Source of the DNA: Squalus acanthias
Taxonomy: Eukaryota
NCBI GenBank assembly: GCA_030390025.1
Contig: CM059432.1
Coordinates: forward strand, 113,834,001-113,898,000
Length of the DNA stretch: 64,000 nucleotides
Reading direction: 5' to 3'
Shown: positions 60,510 to 64,000 of the stretch, one piece after another
How positions within the stretch are numbered: the stretch's first letter is position 1
Layout: the number at the start of each line of letters is the position of its first letter
Notes under the pieces: model-generated
What the model saw: the letters and a program-made list of their open reading frames with translations, nothing else
What the model was told of the DNA's origin: nothing
Database searches by the model: none
Made by a program: the position numbers and the translations under genes

Positions 60510-61275
60510 CCAAAGTGGGTCGGAATGAGATTAGAAGTGCCAAAAGAAAATCAGAAATGTGTGTAACAGTAATGCAAAAGTATTGTCAAAAAAAATCATC
60601 AATATTATAACAGTAAGAGATAGTCAGGGAGAAGGTTAATACCCGATTGGGCACATCTGGAGTTACATATGAGAATGCACAGGAGATGTTAAACATGATG
60701 AATGATTACTTCTTGCAGGTTGTTGTTAGGGAAGAAACTAATAGATGTGTCATCTAACATCAAACACACATTACACATGCTCCATGATTTTGACATTAAT
60801 GAAGCAGAGGTTCTAGATAAACTGAAGGGCTGAAAAACAATAAGCTTCCCAGGATGGCTGAACTATGCTCCAGAGTCCTTTGAGAGACAAAAGAGGCTTC
60901 TGAGGCACTGACCGTGATTTTAGGGAAATCTTTGCACACTGGGGAAATTCCGACAGACAAATATCATTTCCACATTCAAAGAGATACACCTTCCAAAAAC
61001 CTCCAATACCTGGGAACTGCAAACTCATTTTTCTGACATTAATAATTAGATTATTAGTGAAATTAATAATCAGAAACAAAATGGAGAGTACTTTTATGGA
61101 AATAATCTAATAAATGACAACTAACCCAGGTTTAGAAGAGAACGATGTTGCCTAACCAATCGCTTATACTTTTTTGGGAAAGTGATATTCCAAAATGACA
61201 GAGCAAAGCCATATGATGTGGTGTACCTCGACATCTAAAAGGCCTCAGATAAAGTAATGCTTGAGATGCTTCTCC
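60510..61275 (+). mobile_element. Old CR1 ORF2 fragment
   Basis: Degenerate linker/RT motifs (cctgggaactgca.., gatgtggtgtacctcgac...aaggcc..gataaagt). Confidence 0.6.
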
Positions 61276-61396
61276 TTAAATTAGTGGGAAGGAAGCAGAG
61301 GAAGGAGGGAGAAAGTAGTAGAATGTAAGACAGTGACTACTCCATGAAAAGGCTAACAAGCTCACTGGCAAAATCAATCCCATGAAGAGCAGAAAC

Positions 61397-64000
61397 AGAA
61401 GAACATAAGAAATAGGAGCAGGAGTAGGCCATTCAGCCCTTCGAGCCTGCTCCGCCATTCAATAAGATCATGGCTGATCTTCTATCTCATCTCCACTTTC
61501 CCCCACTATCCCCATATCCCTTGATTCCCTTAATATCCAAAAATCTATTGGTCTCTGTCTTGAATATACTCAACGACTATGCATCCACAGCCCTCTGGGG
61601 TAGAGAATTCTAAAGATTCACCACCCTCTGAGTGAAGAAATTTCTCCTCATTTCAGTCCTAAATGGCCAGCCCCTTATTCTGAGACTGTGACGTCCCCCA
61701 GTTCTAGATTCCCCAGCCAGGGGAAACATTCTCCCAGCATCTACCCTGTCAAGTCCTGTAACAATTTTATATACTTCAATGAGATCACCTCTCATTCTTC
61801 TAAATTCTAGGGAATATAGGCCTAGTGTCCTTAAGCTCTTCTCATAGGACAATCCCCCCATCCCAGGAATCAGTCTGGTGAACCTTCATTGCACTGCCTC
61901 GAAGACAAGTATATCCTTCCTTAGGTAAGGAGACAAAAACGGTACACAGTACTCCAGGTGTGGTCTCATCAAGGTCCTATATAATTGAAGTAAGACTTCT
62001 TTACTCTTATACTCCAATCATTTTGTAGTAAAGGCTCACAAACCCATTTGCTTTCCTAATTGCTTGTTGTACGTGCATGTTAACTTTCAGTGATTCGTGT
62101 ACAAGGACACCCAGGTCTCTCTGAATACCAACATTTCCCAATCTCTCAATATTTAAAAAATATTATGCTTTCCTATTTTTCCGACCAAAGTGCATAACTT
62201 CACATTTCTCCATATTAGGGTTAAAATTACTTTCGCTAATCTCTCCTTTTTACATACCTATAGAAGCTTTTACAACCTGTTTTTATGTCTCTTGCTGGTT
62301 TACTCTCATATTCTATTTTCTCTCTCTTTATCAATTTCTTCGTCCTCCTTTGTTGAATTCTAAAATCCTCCCAATCCTCAGGCTTACTATTCTTTTTGGC
62401 AACATTATAAGCCTCTTTCTTTAATCTAATATTATCTTTAACTTCTCTTGTTAGCCACGGTTGGACCATTTTACGAGTGGGGTTTTTAATTCCTTAAGGG
62501 AATGTACTTTCATTGTGAATTATGAATTATTTCTTTAAATGTTTGCCTTTGCTTATCTACCGTCATATCTTTTAATCTAGTTTCCCAATCTATCTTAGCC
62601 AACTCGCCTCTCATACCTACGTAGTTTGCTTTGTTCAGATTTAAGACCCTAATTTCGGACTTAAATAAATCACTCTCAAACTCAATGGCCCAAAAATTAG
62701 TGTTGCTACGCGAGAGTACGCACTGTGTACTCTCGCGTATTCTGTCTCCAATTGCCGGTTTTCTGCATGCACTGCGCATGCGCTGAAAACCGGCACTTGG
62801 TGATTTCAAAAGGGGGCGGTTCCTAGGTGAACCGCGTGCGCGCTACAGGCTGCGTGCACGCAGTGCACTTAGTGCTTTGAACGCGCAGGTAAGTATGGAA
62901 GATTTTGCACATAAAGAAAGGAGGCGTAAGACCCTCTTTTAACAAGGTAAGTAGTTAATTAAGTATTATTTTGAATTTTTTTCAACAGGTATATCTTTTT
63001 TAGAGACTTTAAAGAAAGGTAAGTTTATTTTTATAACTTTTTAAAAGATTTTAAATTTTTTCAAAAATTAAATTTTTTGTTTAAAATGGTTAATTTATTT
63101 AACTATACTTATTTTATTAATGTGATGGGTTTTTAAAAAAATTTAATTGAGGTTTAGCTGTTCTTTTGGGGGGGTATAGATTCATAGCTTTCACAGCACT
63201 TGTTGTGAAAGCTATGAATGAAAGATGGTGTGCTGCCATTGGCTCTAACTGAGTCACATGATCCCACAGCTCGCACGAATTAACTGCGCCTGTGGGATAC
63301 GGAAGCCCAGCACAGCAGCTGTCCAGAACATCAAGTTCGTGCGAGCTGGGAATGAAAAAGCCAGCGCGCAGTGAGAGATCACGGGGAAGCCTTACCCTCG
63401 CACGAAGGCTCCCTCACTAATTTTTGGGCCAATATAAAATTCCATCATATTATGATCACTGCACCCCAGAGGCCCCTTTACTACAAGGTTATTAATTAAC
63501 CCTGTCTTATTGCACAATACTGGATCTAAAATAGCCTGTTCCTAATTGGCTCCTCAACATACTGATCTAGAAAACTACCTTGAGTGCATTCCATGAACTC
63601 TTCCTCTGCACTATTACTGCAAATTTGGTTTGCCCAGTCTATATGAAAATTAAAGTCCCCCATGATTACTGTATTACCCTTGTTACATGCACCTCTAATT
63701 TCCTGATTTATACTCTGCCCTACATTACAACTACTGCCTGGGGGCCTATAAACAACTTCCATTAGTGTTTTATGCCCCTTGCTGTTTCTTAGCTCCACCC
63801 AAAGAGGTTCTGCATGTTGTTTTTCAGAGCTAAGATTCTTTCTCTCTACTGTCTTTATCCCATCCTTTATTATCAGGGCGACCCCCTTCTCTCTTTTTCC
63901 ATTCTGCCTGTCTCTTCTAAAAGTCAAGTATCCCGGAATATTTAGTTCCCAACCTTGGTCACTCAGCAACCACATCTCCGTAATGGCTATTAGATCAAAC
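61397..64000 (-). mobile_element. CR1 LINE ORF2 (APE to 3' end) with an internal deletion near 62220 and a nested MITE; runs off the window
   Basis: ORFs 63526..63975 (YRPP, MGDFN), 62236..62469 and 61610..61861. The RT core is missing. AGAACATA tail. Confidence 0.9.
62687..63430. mobile_element. Harbinger-type MITE (family M1), copy 2
   Basis: Perfect 16-bp TIR GGCCCAAAAATTAGTG / CACTAATTTTTGGGCC, TSD AAT. Confidence 0.9.

Noticed and set aside
1..64000. CRISPR arrays, rRNA, true tRNA genes or prokaryotic systems
   Set aside because: None seen. The tRNA-like segments belong to SINEs or the LTR.

Overview
Vertebrate genomic DNA, most likely from a cartilaginous fish (inferred from the repeat content: CR1 LINEs with (CATAGAA)n/(AGAACAT)n tails, Deu-domain SINEs and many PIF/Harbinger elements). 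The only host gene I can support is DCSTAMP on the minus strand, with two coding exons (7659-6646 and 2450-2163) and clean GT-AG phase-0 junctions. I did not find its last exon in the window, and its non-coding first exon is only a candidate. Most of the rest is nested mobile DNA: (1) a near-intact, young CsRn1-clade Ty3/Gypsy element (45993-50343; 247-bp LTRs differing at 2 sites, ATGT TSD, tRNA-Trp PBS); (2) a 1746-bp solo-LTR-like insertion with a tRNA-like/Pol III cassette at one end (23189-24934); (3) at least six decayed Harbinger transposons plus palindrome-rich MITEs; (4) many CR1, L2 and other LINE fragments and SINEs; (5) three small TSD-flanked Penelope-like insertions, each carrying a minimal hammerhead ribozyme core. 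Most ORFs in the supplied track are TE fragments or spurious. Boundaries of old repeats are approximate. All family assignments come from motif recognition by eye, not database searches.
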